Source of the DNA: Acidobacteriota bacterium
GTDB taxonomy: Bacteria > Acidobacteriota > UBA6911 > RPQK01 > JAPXNP01
Assembly (NCBI GenBank): GCA_963663735.2
Contig: CAXXHN010000002.1
Span: forward strand, 680,196 to 704,195
Reading direction: 5' to 3'
DNA: 24,000 nucleotides
Under the pieces are notes generated by a model. That model was given only the letters and a program-made list of their open reading frames with translations. It searched no databases and was not told where the DNA came from. Positions within the stretch are counted from its first letter, which is position 1. The number at the start of each line of letters is the position of its first letter. Shown piece after piece: positions 8,272 to 16,558 of the stretch. The translations under genes were made by a program, and so were the position numbers.

Positions 8272-9162
8272 TTAATCAAAAAACGGGAAAAGCTCTTTAA
8301 GCTCTTCTTTGCTTGGCCTTCTCCCGTATTCTGAAACCTGTAATGCTTCGACAAACTTAACCTGCGAAGCCTTTTCCTTACCGTAAAACTCTACAAGTTT
8401 CTCCATCTCTGCATCAGAGATACTGTTATGGCGTACTCTTGATTTAGCTAGCCATGCCCGGCGGGCGGCATCGCCCTCAGGAACCTCTTCCAACCTGTTG
8501 GCGTTGTATGGAAGCCATTCATACATCTGGGATGTATGGCAGTGATACATATCGATTTTCTTTTCTATTTCACTGGTGATATCTACAACCACGTCAGGAA
8601 TAAAAGGCGTTGGAACAGAAAATCTGTCCGGGCTGTACATGAATACTGGATTTTTTCTCAGGTGGGGTGTATTGGCTACAATGTTCGGAACAGTGACCAT
8701 GTAGGCGGCATCCCTGACCAGGAGTCCGGTATTGCGGTGATCAGGGTGGTAGTCGTTGGGCCGGTGAGAAATGACAATGTCGGCATTCCATTCCCGGATC
8801 AGCCTGATGACCATTTCCCTGTTTTCCAGGGTAGGCATCAACTTACCATCGTCAACGTCGCACACGATGTATTTGGCGCCGATGACAGCCCCGGAACACT
8901 GGGCTTCCTTATATCTTCTCTGGGCCAGCGGACCACCGCCTTCCTTGTAATGGCCGCCATTGCCATTAGTGAGAGATACCAGGCAGACGTTATGCCCCTG
9001 CTGTATAAACTTGGACATGGTTCCGCCCATTTCTTCAGGATCATCAGGGTGGGCCCCGAATACGATAATATTAAGTTTTTTGTCCGCGGCCAGACCTGTT
9101 CCTGAAGCAACAAAAAATAGTAAGAAGAGAGCAATAATAATTTTAGTTGGTGTTAATTTCAT
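8272..9162 (-). CDS. Secreted PIG-L/LmbE-family (CE14-like) zinc deacetylase
   Basis: The signal peptide is MKLTPTKIIIALFLLFFVASGTGLAADK. VFGAHPDDPE and HPDH are the LmbE/PIG-L zinc-binding motifs. The track start (9171) is a TTG; ATG 9162 matches the start of the adjacent paralog remnant. Confidence 0.85.
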   Translation of the reverse strand: MKLTPTKIIIALFLLFFVASGTGLAADKKLNIIVFGAHPDDPEEMGGTMSKFIQQGHNVCLVSLTNGNGGHYKEGGGPLAQRRYKEAQCSGAVIGAKYIVCDVDDGKLMPTLENREMVIRLIREWNADIVISHRPNDYHPDHRNTGLLVRDAAYMVTVPNIVANTPHLRKNPVFMYSPDRFSVPTPFIPDVVVDITSEIEKKIDMYHCHTSQMYEWLPYNANRLEEVPEGDAARRAWLAKSRVRHNSISDAEMEKLVEFYGKEKASQVKFVEALQVSEYGRRPSKEELKELFPFFD

Positions 9163-9213
9163 AATAACCAAAATTAGCAGAGAGTCATGTTTCCGTCTAT
9201 AGCTGCCAGATAA

Positions 9214-9435
9214 TTATTTTTCGGCCTGGTTAAAAAATGGAAAGAGTTCCATCAGCTCTTCCTTTCCCGGCTTCCTTTCGTATTCTGAAACCTGAAGCGC
9301 CTCCACATACTCGATATTGGCTGACTTTTCCTTGCCGTACAATTCTTCAAGCTTGTCCGCGGCAATCCCCAGGCCTGATCCAAGCATAATCATTAAGAAG
9401 AAGCCGATAATAATTCTAACTGGGTTTGTTTTCAT
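9214..9435 (-). pseudogene. Internally deleted paralog of the adjacent PIG-L deacetylase: signal peptide fused in frame to the C-terminal ~45 aa, catalytic domain missing
   Basis: This is a 73-aa ORF. Residues 1-28 (MKTNPVRIIIGFFLMIMLGSGLGIAADK) align with the neighbour's signal peptide, 15/28 identical by hand. The tail LEELYGKEKSANIEYVEALQVSEYERKPGKEELMELFPFF aligns with its C-terminus LVEFYGKEKASQVKFVEALQVSEYGRRPSKEELKELFPFF, 28/40 identical. The AHPDD and HPDH motifs are absent. Confidence 0.6.
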
Positions 9436-9771
9436 AATGATGAGAATGATAGAAGGGTTTTTGCAGCCGATATATCAGTGTGACAATTATTTAATTGTTT
9501 TTGCAGTAGCTGCAGAAAATAAATATAGTTAAGTGATCCTTCAGTTAAGATAGTACAGGTATTGAACCGAATGGAGGGGGATCGATTGAATCCATCCGGC
9601 CGGTAAAAAATGAAGCTGGAAAATCAGGTACAATATCAGGGATTAAACCAGATTGTACCCGTGTATCCGGGGAGGCATATGGTTATCTGAACAGTATAAT
9701 AATGTGACGGATCAGGAATCCAGGGCTGCTCTGGAGGTTTGAATAATATTTCTGGGAAATGGAGTTTTAAA

Positions 9772-11193
9772 ATGGCTGATTATGATGTTGCAGTAATAGG
9801 TCTTGGTGTCATGGGAAGGAACCTGGCCCTGAATATGGAAAGAAACGGTTATGGTGTTGTAGGCTTTGATCTTTCCCAGGAGAAAAGAGAAGATTTCCGC
9901 CGCAATACTGCCGGGAAAAAAGCTATGACGGCCTCTTCCCTGCGGGAAGTGGCAGATAACCTGAGGACCCCGCGAAAAGCATTCCTGCTGGTTCCGGCCG
10001 GAGACCCGGTAGATGCCGTAATACGGGAACTCCTGGGAGTTTTCGAAGCAAATGACATCATAATTGACGGAGGCAATTCTTTTTTTAAGGATACAGCCCG
10101 CCGTTTCAACGAAATCCAGTCTGCCGGCCTCAGGTTTATCGGTACCGGGGTCAGCGGAGGTGAAGAGGGCGCCCTGTGGGGCCCGGCCATTATGCCGGGA
10201 GGTTCTCCTGAAGCCTGGGAGGAAGTAAGGGAAATGCTGCAGGCCATCTCGGCCAAGGCAGATGACGGAACACCCTGCTGCCAATGGATAGGCAAAGGCG
10301 GAGCCGGACATTTTGTGAAAATGGTCCACAACGGCATCGAATATGGCGACATGCAGATGATATGCGAAGCCTATTTCCTGATGGAGCAGGCTCTTGGAAT
10401 GACCCCAGCTGAAATGCACCAGGTTTTTGTTGAATGGAACCAGGGAGAACTGAAAAGCTACCTGGTTGAAATCACCGGGCACATCCTGGCCAATACTGAT
10501 CCGGAAACAGGGAAGCCGATGGTAGATGTAATCCTGGATACCGCCGGCCAGAAGGGCACCGGAAAATGGACCAGCCAGATTGCCCTGGATCTGGGCATCC
10601 CCGCTCCCACTATTGCTGAAGCTGTTTTCGCCAGAACCCTGAGTGCCATCAAGGAGGAAAGGGTCAAGGCCTCATCTATCCTCAAAGGTCCTGAAAAACA
10701 AGTTGAAAATGGAGACCGAAAGGAAATGGTCGAGCTTATCCGCAAGGCCCTGTATATTTCAAAAATATGTTCCTATGCCCAGGGCTTCCAGATGATGCGG
10801 GCGGCTTCTGAAGAGTTTGGATTCGATCTGGACTTCGGCAGTATCGCGTCCATCTGGAGGGAAGGGTGCATCATCCGGGCAGCTTTCCTGAACGACATTA
10901 AAGCTGCTTTCGATAAAAATCCGAAGCTTGATAACCTGCTTCTGGATCCATATTTCAGCAAAGCTGTTACGGAGAATCAGGACGCCTGGAGAAAAGTTGT
11001 CACTTTCGCCGTGGAGAGGGGCATCCCTGTTCCGGCATTCAGCAGCGCGCTTTCCTATTTTGACAGCTACCGCAGTTCCAGGCTTCCGGCTAACCTGCTG
11101 CAGGGGCAGCGAGATTTCTTCGGAGCCCATACCTATGAAAGGATCGACCGTCCGCGCAAGGAGTTTTTCCATACCGAGTGGAAGACTTTTTAA
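9772..11193 (+). CDS. gnd: 6-phosphogluconate dehydrogenase, decarboxylating
   Basis: It has a Rossmann N-terminus ([21 protein letters not shown]) plus [36 protein letters not shown] and [12 protein letters not shown] motifs. The track start 9739 is a TTG; ATG 9772 has GGAG 8 nt upstream and gives the canonical N-terminus. Confidence 0.95.
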   Translation: MADYDVAVIGLGVMGRNLALNMERNGYGVVGFDLSQEKREDFRRNTAGKKAMTASSLREVADNLRTPRKAFLLVPAGDPVDAVIRELLGVFEANDIIIDGGNSFFKDTARRFNEIQSAGLRFIGTGVSGGEEGALWGPAIMPGGSPEAWEEVREMLQAISAKADDGTPCCQWIGKGGAGHFVKMVHNGIEYGDMQMICEAYFLMEQALGMTPAEMHQVFVEWNQGELKSYLVEITGHILANTDPETGKPMVDVILDTAGQKGTGKWTSQIALDLGIPAPTIAEAVFARTLSAIKEERVKASSILKGPEKQVENGDRKEMVELIRKALYISKICSYAQGFQMMRAASEEFGFDLDFGSIASIWREGCIIRAAFLNDIKAAFDKNPKLDNLLLDPYFSKAVTENQDAWRKVVTFAVERGIPVPAFSSALSYFDSYRSSRLPANLLQGQRDFFGAHTYERIDRPRKEFFHTEWKTF

Positions 11194-11240
11194 GCTCTGC
11201 CTGAACTGAAAATTATTATTGAATCAAAATGGTGAATTGA

Positions 11241-12536
11241 ATGTCCAAGGTAAAAAATGTAGTGATCGCCCAGTCCGGTGGCCCGTCCCCGGTAATCAAT
11301 AATTCCCTGCGGGGTGTCATCGACGCTTGTTTGGAGCATCCCGATGAGTTTGGTACCATCTATGGCGGATACCATGGAATTGAGGGAATCCTCAAGGAGG
11401 ATCTCCTGGATATATCCGCCCAGAGCCTGGAAGAAATAGCGTTATTGAGAAACACACCGGCTGCCGGGGCCATCGGAACCTGCCGCTATAAAATCAAGAC
11501 TGATCAACAGGAAGATTTCGACCGGGTGATTGAGGTTTTTAAAGCCCACAATATAGGTTACTTTTTCTACACCGGAGGCAATGACTCCATGGACACTGCC
11601 GCCAAGGTAGCTGAACTGGCCTCTGTAAAAGGGCTGGACCTGGTAGCGACCGGAGTAGCCAAAACCATTGACAATGACGTGGGAGACGCTGAATTCAGGC
11701 TGGTGGATCATACTCCCGGTTATGGAAGCGTGGCTCGTTACTGGGCGCTGAACATCCAGAACCTGAACCAGGAGAATATGGGGGCATGCCCCTCGGATCC
11801 GGTACTGGTGACCCAGGTAATGGGCCGGAAAATTGGATTCATACCTGCCGCCGTGCGCTTGGGCGATCCCGATCGTGAAATGCCTCTCCAGATATATATG
11901 CCTGAGTCAGGACTGAACATCGAAGAGCTGGCCGATAATGTAAACGAAGAACTGCTTCGTCGGGGCAGGGTACTGGTGGTCCTCAGTGAAGGGTTCGATG
12001 TCGGAGATCTGGGCGCTCTGAAAGATTCTTTCGGGCACGTGGAATTCAGCTCCAGTGCCTCAACCGCCCAGCAGCTGGTAGTAAACTATCTTAACAAGGT
12101 CGGCCTGAAAGCCCGCGGCGCGGCCCGGGGCCAGGTTTCGGGAACCGACCAGCGAGATACTTCGGTTTTTGCTTCCTCCGTGGATCTGGATGAAGCTTAT
12201 AAAGTAGGGCGTAATGCCGTGGAAATCGCCCTTAAAAACGGATCAGGATACATGTCCACTATTATCCGCAGGCCCGGGAGCATCTATTCTGTAAACTACG
12301 ACAGGGTTCTCTTGTCTGAAGTGGCCAATTCAGAACGGGAATTTCCGCGTGAGTGGATTTCTGAAAACCGTATAGATGTGACCGATGATTTTGTAGCCTA
12401 TGCCAAACCTTTGATAGGTGAGGATTGGGTCTCGGTCCCGCTCGTTGACGGGATCCAGCGATTCACTAGGTTTGATCCGATATTCGAAGATAAAAAGCTC
12501 CCGGAATATGTCCCACAGACAGCACGAAAAAAATAG
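11241..12536 (+). CDS. pfp: Phosphofructokinase family A, PPi-dependent-type signatures (diphosphate--fructose-6-phosphate 1-phosphotransferase candidate)
   Basis: 431 aa with QSGGPSPVIN, TGGNDS, AKTIDNDV and VMGRKIGF motifs. Aligned to E. coli PfkA (GGDGS / PGTIDND), positions 104 and 124 are Asp and Lys, the recognised PPi-type pair. Position 103 is Asn rather than Asp. Confidence 0.85.
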   Translation: MSKVKNVVIAQSGGPSPVINNSLRGVIDACLEHPDEFGTIYGGYHGIEGILKEDLLDISAQSLEEIALLRNTPAAGAIGTCRYKIKTDQQEDFDRVIEVFKAHNIGYFFYTGGNDSMDTAAKVAELASVKGLDLVATGVAKTIDNDVGDAEFRLVDHTPGYGSVARYWALNIQNLNQENMGACPSDPVLVTQVMGRKIGFIPAAVRLGDPDREMPLQIYMPESGLNIEELADNVNEELLRRGRVLVVLSEGFDVGDLGALKDSFGHVEFSSSASTAQQLVVNYLNKVGLKARGAARGQVSGTDQRDTSVFASSVDLDEAYKVGRNAVEIALKNGSGYMSTIIRRPGSIYSVNYDRVLLSEVANSEREFPREWISENRIDVTDDFVAYAKPLIGEDWVSVPLVDGIQRFTRFDPIFEDKKLPEYVPQTARKK

Positions 12537-12628
12537 TTACTACGCATTCCGGGTGCCGATGCGACATTTTTAAAAAAACTGAAGACTGAAATGAAAGTAA
12601 TCCTGAAGAGAGCGAAAGGAAAAGTAAT

Positions 12629-13525
12629 ATGAGTTCCGATCCCCAGGCTGAATTAAGAGACATGCAGCCGAAGCATAAATATTTGATTGCCATTGATTCT
12701 GATGGTTGCGCCTTTGATACCATGGAGATCAAACACAAGGAGTGTTTTATCCCCAATATCATAAAATACTGGAAGCTGCAGCCCGTTTCCAAGTATGCCC
12801 GGGCCGCGGCAGAGTTTGTTAACCTTTACTCCAAGTGGAGGGGTATCAACCGTTTCCCGGCCCTGATCATGGTATTTGATCTTTTGAAGGACTGGCCTGA
12901 AGTAACCCGGCGCGGACTTCATATACCTGACTCACTTGCCTTGCGCAACTGGATTGAAACTGAAACCAAACTCGGAAATCCGGCACTCAAGGCCAAGGTG
13001 GAAGCTACAGGTAACGGGGTATTGCGGAATGCCCTTGATTGGAGCGTCGCGGTGAACAATTCAATTGAGGATATCGTACACGGAGTTCCCCCGTTTCCCT
13101 TTGTCAGGGAAAGCCTGGTAAAGTTATCTGACTGGGCCGATATCATAGTCTGCTCCGCCACGCCGATCGAAGCGCTTAAACGGGAATGGGAAGAACACGA
13201 CATTGCCAAGTACGTAAGGGTCATCGCCGGGCAGGAAAATGGGAGCAAGGCCGAACATATCAAGCTGGCTTCCGCGGGTAAATATGAGAAGGATAAGATC
13301 CTGATGATGGGTGACGCCCCTGGAGACCGGCGCGCCGCCCAGGCCAATGAAGCCAGATTCTACCCGATCAATCCTGGCGAAGAAGAGAAATCATGGGAAG
13401 TATTCCTTAACGAGGCTGCCGAAAGATTTAAAAACGGAGAATATTCTGACGAGTACGCCTCAGCCCTCAACGATGAGTTTGAGAGGCACCTGCCGGATAC
13501 TCCTCCCTGGAAGAAACAGGTGTAG
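12629..13525 (+). CDS. HAD-superfamily hydrolase with a large cap, substrate unknown
   Basis: 298 aa. Motif I is IAIDSDGCAF (DxDxC instead of DxDx[TV]), motif II IVCSATP, a conserved Lys occurs in GSKAEH, and motif IV is MMGDAPGD. About 150 aa separate motifs I and II, indicating a C1-type cap. Confidence 0.78.
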   Translation: MSSDPQAELRDMQPKHKYLIAIDSDGCAFDTMEIKHKECFIPNIIKYWKLQPVSKYARAAAEFVNLYSKWRGINRFPALIMVFDLLKDWPEVTRRGLHIPDSLALRNWIETETKLGNPALKAKVEATGNGVLRNALDWSVAVNNSIEDIVHGVPPFPFVRESLVKLSDWADIIVCSATPIEALKREWEEHDIAKYVRVIAGQENGSKAEHIKLASAGKYEKDKILMMGDAPGDRRAAQANEARFYPINPGEEEKSWEVFLNEAAERFKNGEYSDEYASALNDEFERHLPDTPPWKKQV

Positions 13526-13540
13526 CTGGAGGTACGACTG

Positions 13541-13564
13541 AAGCTGGAGCGAAAGCTCCAGCTT
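13541..13564. terminator. Bidirectional terminator hairpin between convergent genes
   Basis: aagctggagc-gaaa-gctccagctt forms a 10-bp perfect stem with a GAAA tetraloop. It sits between the HAD stop (13525) and the methyltransferase stop (13588). Confidence 0.6.
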
Positions 13565-13587
13565 TCCCATGATCCGGCGGCATCAGA

Positions 13588-14292
13588 TCAACCTTGAGGT
13601 TTCCTCGCAAACACGTAAGCCCTCCGGCTTTCATACTCCACCTCAGGGTAGGGCTCTCTCTCGATGATTTCGATTTCCCTGAAGCCGGTCTTTTCCAGGC
13701 AGCCTGAAATAAAATCAGTGGAGAAAAACATGAAATCCACATCGATTTTTTTACCGAGATACTCTTCCAGGTGAATTGTCTCATCCCCGATGTGAAAGGT
13801 GAGAAGAAATAATCCTCCTGGCTGTAATACTCGATATATTTGCCGGACGGCTGTTTCCAGCTGGTCTTTGGTGAAATGAACAATGGCATAGAAGGAAACT
13901 ATCCCGGCTATGGAGCTGTCAGGAAAATCTAGATCCAGCATATTACCCCTGCTGAAAGATATCTCAGGATAGTTTTTTTTCGCTTCTGCCACTGTTTTTT
14001 CAGACAGGTCCAGGCCTGATATTTTTATTCCCAGGTCATGCAGATATTTTGTGGTTTGTCCAGGTCCGCAGCCCAGGTCCCAGACCGGTTTTTTATCTCC
14101 GATTTCCCTGGCGAACCTGCGGAGCACTTCCTGGTCCTTCGGTTTTTTTTCATGTTCAGCGAAAAACTCTTCCGAGTACTCCCGGGCTACCGTATCGTAA
14201 GCCTTTTCTATCCTGGATATATCCTGACCCTTTTTTGGGGACTCGCCTTCAGGTTTATTTGAGGGGCATAGATTCAAGAATGTAAAACTCAT
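13588..14292 (-). CDS. Class I SAM-dependent methyltransferase (Methyltransf_11/25-like), substrate unknown
   Basis: 234 aa with SAM motif I VWDLGCGPGQTT, an acidic post-I residue (GLDLS) and LQPGGLFLL. Its ATG lies 3 nt after the stop of the upstream PPTase gene. Confidence 0.85.
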   Translation of the reverse strand: MSFTFLNLCPSNKPEGESPKKGQDISRIEKAYDTVAREYSEEFFAEHEKKPKDQEVLRRFAREIGDKKPVWDLGCGPGQTTKYLHDLGIKISGLDLSEKTVAEAKKNYPEISFSRGNMLDLDFPDSSIAGIVSFYAIVHFTKDQLETAVRQIYRVLQPGGLFLLTFHIGDETIHLEEYLGKKIDVDFMFFSTDFISGCLEKTGFREIEIIEREPYPEVEYESRRAYVFARKPQG

Positions 14293-14295
14293 GGC

Positions 14296-15006
14296 TCAGA
14301 TCTCCATTATCGCGATGCAGCAGCCCTGCCACTCGGCATATGATCCTGGATAGAGCTGTCCCGGCATCGGACTCTCCAGGTCTTTCAACACCTTAATAGT
14401 AAAACGGTTATCCTCGCTGGGGGCTACTTCGGCATCATGGAAGTCCAGCCACAATCCTGTCAGCGGGTGCTGGAGCTTGAAAAAGGCTTCCTTGGCCGAA
14501 AACATGGCCGTGGCTGCGCTATCGGCTTCACTTTGGCCCAAGGTGCCCAGGAAGGTACTTTCTCTTTCAGTGAAGATTCTCGGCCAGAGGTGAGGTTTGA
14601 CCCTGCCCAGCTGTTCTATGTCTGCACCCAGGGATAGAGATGTGGAGGAGCTTCCCCTCCTGTATCTTGCCATGCCGCCGGATTGGCTGACCAGCACCAG
14701 GCAGTAGTTACTGCAGTGGCTGATCGTGCCGACACAGCCTTCCGGCCATACCGGTTCTCTCTTCTCACCCATCAGGATTGGCCCAGGCTTAATCCCCAGT
14801 TCCATTAAACATTTTCTTGCGGCAGTGCGTCCTGAACGGAATTCCCTTTCCCTTTTTAGAATCGCCTTTTCAAGGAGGGATTCTTCCATGGCATATAAAT
14901 GCCCTTGCAAATTGTCTATCGAGTCTAGAGTGACAGAGACGTGTTTGCCAAGCCTTGCGGCCAGCCACGCGGTCATTTCTGAAACAGGCGCGTTTTTAAG
15001 ATTCAT
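14296..15006 (-). CDS. 4'-phosphopantetheinyl transferase, Sfp/EntD type
   Basis: 236 aa. REREFRSGRTAARKCL, PVWPEGCVGTISH, GADIEQ and FSAKEAFFK match the EntD/Sfp PPTase motifs. A Ser/Arg-rich insertion (GGMARYRRGSSSTSLSL) precedes the GxDxE motif. Confidence 0.85.
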   Translation of the reverse strand: MNLKNAPVSEMTAWLAARLGKHVSVTLDSIDNLQGHLYAMEESLLEKAILKREREFRSGRTAARKCLMELGIKPGPILMGEKREPVWPEGCVGTISHCSNYCLVLVSQSGGMARYRRGSSSTSLSLGADIEQLGRVKPHLWPRIFTERESTFLGTLGQSEADSAATAMFSAKEAFFKLQHPLTGLWLDFHDAEVAPSEDNRFTIKVLKDLESPMPGQLYPGSYAEWQGCCIAIMEI

Positions 15007-15023
15007 AACTCAAGCATAAATAG

Positions 15024-15051
15024 TAGCAGGTCGCAGGTAGCAAGTTACAGG
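15024..15051. repeat. Four tandem heptads: TAGCAGG TCGCAGG TAGCAAG TTACAGG
   Basis: Read directly from the sequence. It lies in the 106-nt spacer between the tnaA stop and the PPTase start. Confidence 0.6.
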
Positions 15052-15112
15052 TTTAATATTGCCTTCATCTCTCAAATAACTTTAGGGTATCGTTACCTAA
15101 TATTCGATCAAT

Positions 15113-16486
15113 TCACGGGATCCGTTCGAAGTGGCAGGTGAAGTGCCGCAAGTATTCCGGCTGGTATGAAATTCGGTATCCCGGGATATCAGCTTTATTC
15201 TTCCAGACTGTCTCAATGACTTCCAGCAGGTAATCAAAATGACTCTGGGTGTACACCCGTCTCGGAAATGCCAGCCTAACCAGTTCCAAAGGTGAGGGGA
15301 GTTCTTTTCCGTTGCTGTCGAATTTCCCAAACATAACGCTTCCCAACTCAACTCCCCGAACACCTCCTTCCAGGTAAAGGGCGTTGACTATACCTATGCC
15401 AGGGTATTGAAGAGCATCCATTTCAGGCAGGATTTTTTTAGCATCCAGAAATACCGCGTGGCCTCCCTCGGGCCGAACGATTGGAATTTCCATTTTTTCC
15501 AGTCGCGCACTTAAATACTTGATTGTTGCATGCCTGTAAATCTGGTAATCCATCTCCAGCGCTTCAACAAGTCCGACAGCAATGGCTTCGAGATCCCGTC
15601 CAGCCAGCCCTCCATAGGTTGGAAATCCCTCCCTCAGGATCAGGAGATTTCTGAATTTTTCAGCCCATTTGTCACTGTTGCAGATGAGGAACCCACCGAT
15701 ATTGGCAAGCCCGTCTTTCTTGCAGCTCATGGTTGCGGCATCAGCATAGGAAAACATCTCCCTGGCGATTTCAGGCAAGGATTTATCCTGGTAACCAGGT
15801 TCCCTTTCATGGATGAAGAACGCGTTCTCCGCAAAACGGCACGCGTCAATTACCAGGGGAATATCATATTCATCAAGGATGTTTTTGATACCCCTGATAT
15901 TATCCATGGAGACCGGCTGCCCTCCACCGGTGTTGTTGGTGACAGTGATCATGCAGAACGGAATGTTTCCTCTCCCGTGTTCTGCGATGCAGCGCTTAAG
16001 TTTTTCAAGGTCCATGTTGCCCTTGAAAGGAGAGACCTTCCCAGTGTCAAGGCCATCAGCGCAAAGCAGATTTTCAGCAAAGGCCCCCATGAATTCGATG
16101 TTTGCCCTGGTAGTATCAAAATGGCTGTTGTTGGGAACAACATCTCCTTTTTTAAGAAGCGACTGAGCCAGGATTCCCTCCGCAGCCCGTCCCTGGTGAG
16201 TGGGGAAGACAAAGTTGATCCCAGTAATATCTTTTACTGTTTTCTCGAAATTCTTCCAGGATCTGCTGCCGGCGTAACTTTCATCACCCAGCATCATGGC
16301 CGCCCACTGTTTTGTGGACATTGCCCCGGTCCCGCTGTCGGTAAGGAGGTCAATGCAGCAATCTTCAGCATCAAGCAGGAAAACATTGTTTTCTGCTTTT
16401 TTCAGAGCTCGGACCCGCTCCTCCCGAGAGGTGATTTTTATTGGCTCAGTTGTCTTGATTCTGAATGGTTCCATGATTGTACGCAT
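15113..16486 (-). CDS. tnaA: Tryptophanase (beta-eliminating lyase family, PLP-dependent)
   Basis: EPFRIKTTEP, DLLTDSGTGAMS, PTHQGR and the PLP-Lys region SCKKDGLANIGGF are family motifs. FDTT, RFAENAFFI, REGFPTYGGL, YTQSHFDY and LRHFT match my recollection of E. coli TnaA better than C. freundii tyrosine phenol-lyase (FTTT, RCVENAYFI, YEGMPSYGGL, YTYAHMDV, LRFFT). The start is set at ATG 16486, with AGGAAGG about 10 nt upstream; the track start 16495 is a TTG. Confidence 0.85.
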   Translation of the reverse strand: MRTIMEPFRIKTTEPIKITSREERVRALKKAENNVFLLDAEDCCIDLLTDSGTGAMSTKQWAAMMLGDESYAGSRSWKNFEKTVKDITGINFVFPTHQGRAAEGILAQSLLKKGDVVPNNSHFDTTRANIEFMGAFAENLLCADGLDTGKVSPFKGNMDLEKLKRCIAEHGRGNIPFCMITVTNNTGGGQPVSMDNIRGIKNILDEYDIPLVIDACRFAENAFFIHEREPGYQDKSLPEIAREMFSYADAATMSCKKDGLANIGGFLICNSDKWAEKFRNLLILREGFPTYGGLAGRDLEAIAVGLVEALEMDYQIYRHATIKYLSARLEKMEIPIVRPEGGHAVFLDAKKILPEMDALQYPGIGIVNALYLEGGVRGVELGSVMFGKFDSNGKELPSPLELVRLAFPRRVYTQSHFDYLLEVIETVWKNKADIPGYRISYQPEYLRHFTCHFERIP

Positions 16487-16558
16487 GATCTTCAAGCCTT
16501 CCTTTTATCGCGGGAATTTTCCTTTTAACACCCTGGAAATCAGTATATATTAAGATTC

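Noticed and set aside
9712-10482. A 256-aa minus-strand ORF, plus 167-aa and 95-137-aa ORFs, lies antisense to gnd.
   Set aside because: This is the same codon-aligned antisense situation (9712 and 9739/9772 are all 1 mod 3). gnd is unambiguous, and the antisense product has no motifs.
15113-16486. The beta-eliminating lyase could be tyrosine phenol-lyase rather than tryptophanase.
   Set aside because: Five diagnostic blocks match my recollection of TnaA better than TPL (see the feature evidence). The PLP-lysine neighbourhood (KKDGLANIGGF) looks more TPL-like, so specificity still needs a real alignment or an assay.
15530-16528. A 332-aa plus-strand ORF, long enough to look like a real gene, lies antisense to tnaA.
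   Set aside because: Its codons are exactly aligned with the tnaA codons on the opposite strand (15530 and the tnaA codon low coordinates such as 15113 are both 2 mod 3). Antisense stops would therefore require TTA, CTA or TCA sense codons, which this gene avoids. The translated product is low-complexity with no recognisable motifs, whereas tnaA is full of family motifs. This is a codon-usage artefact.
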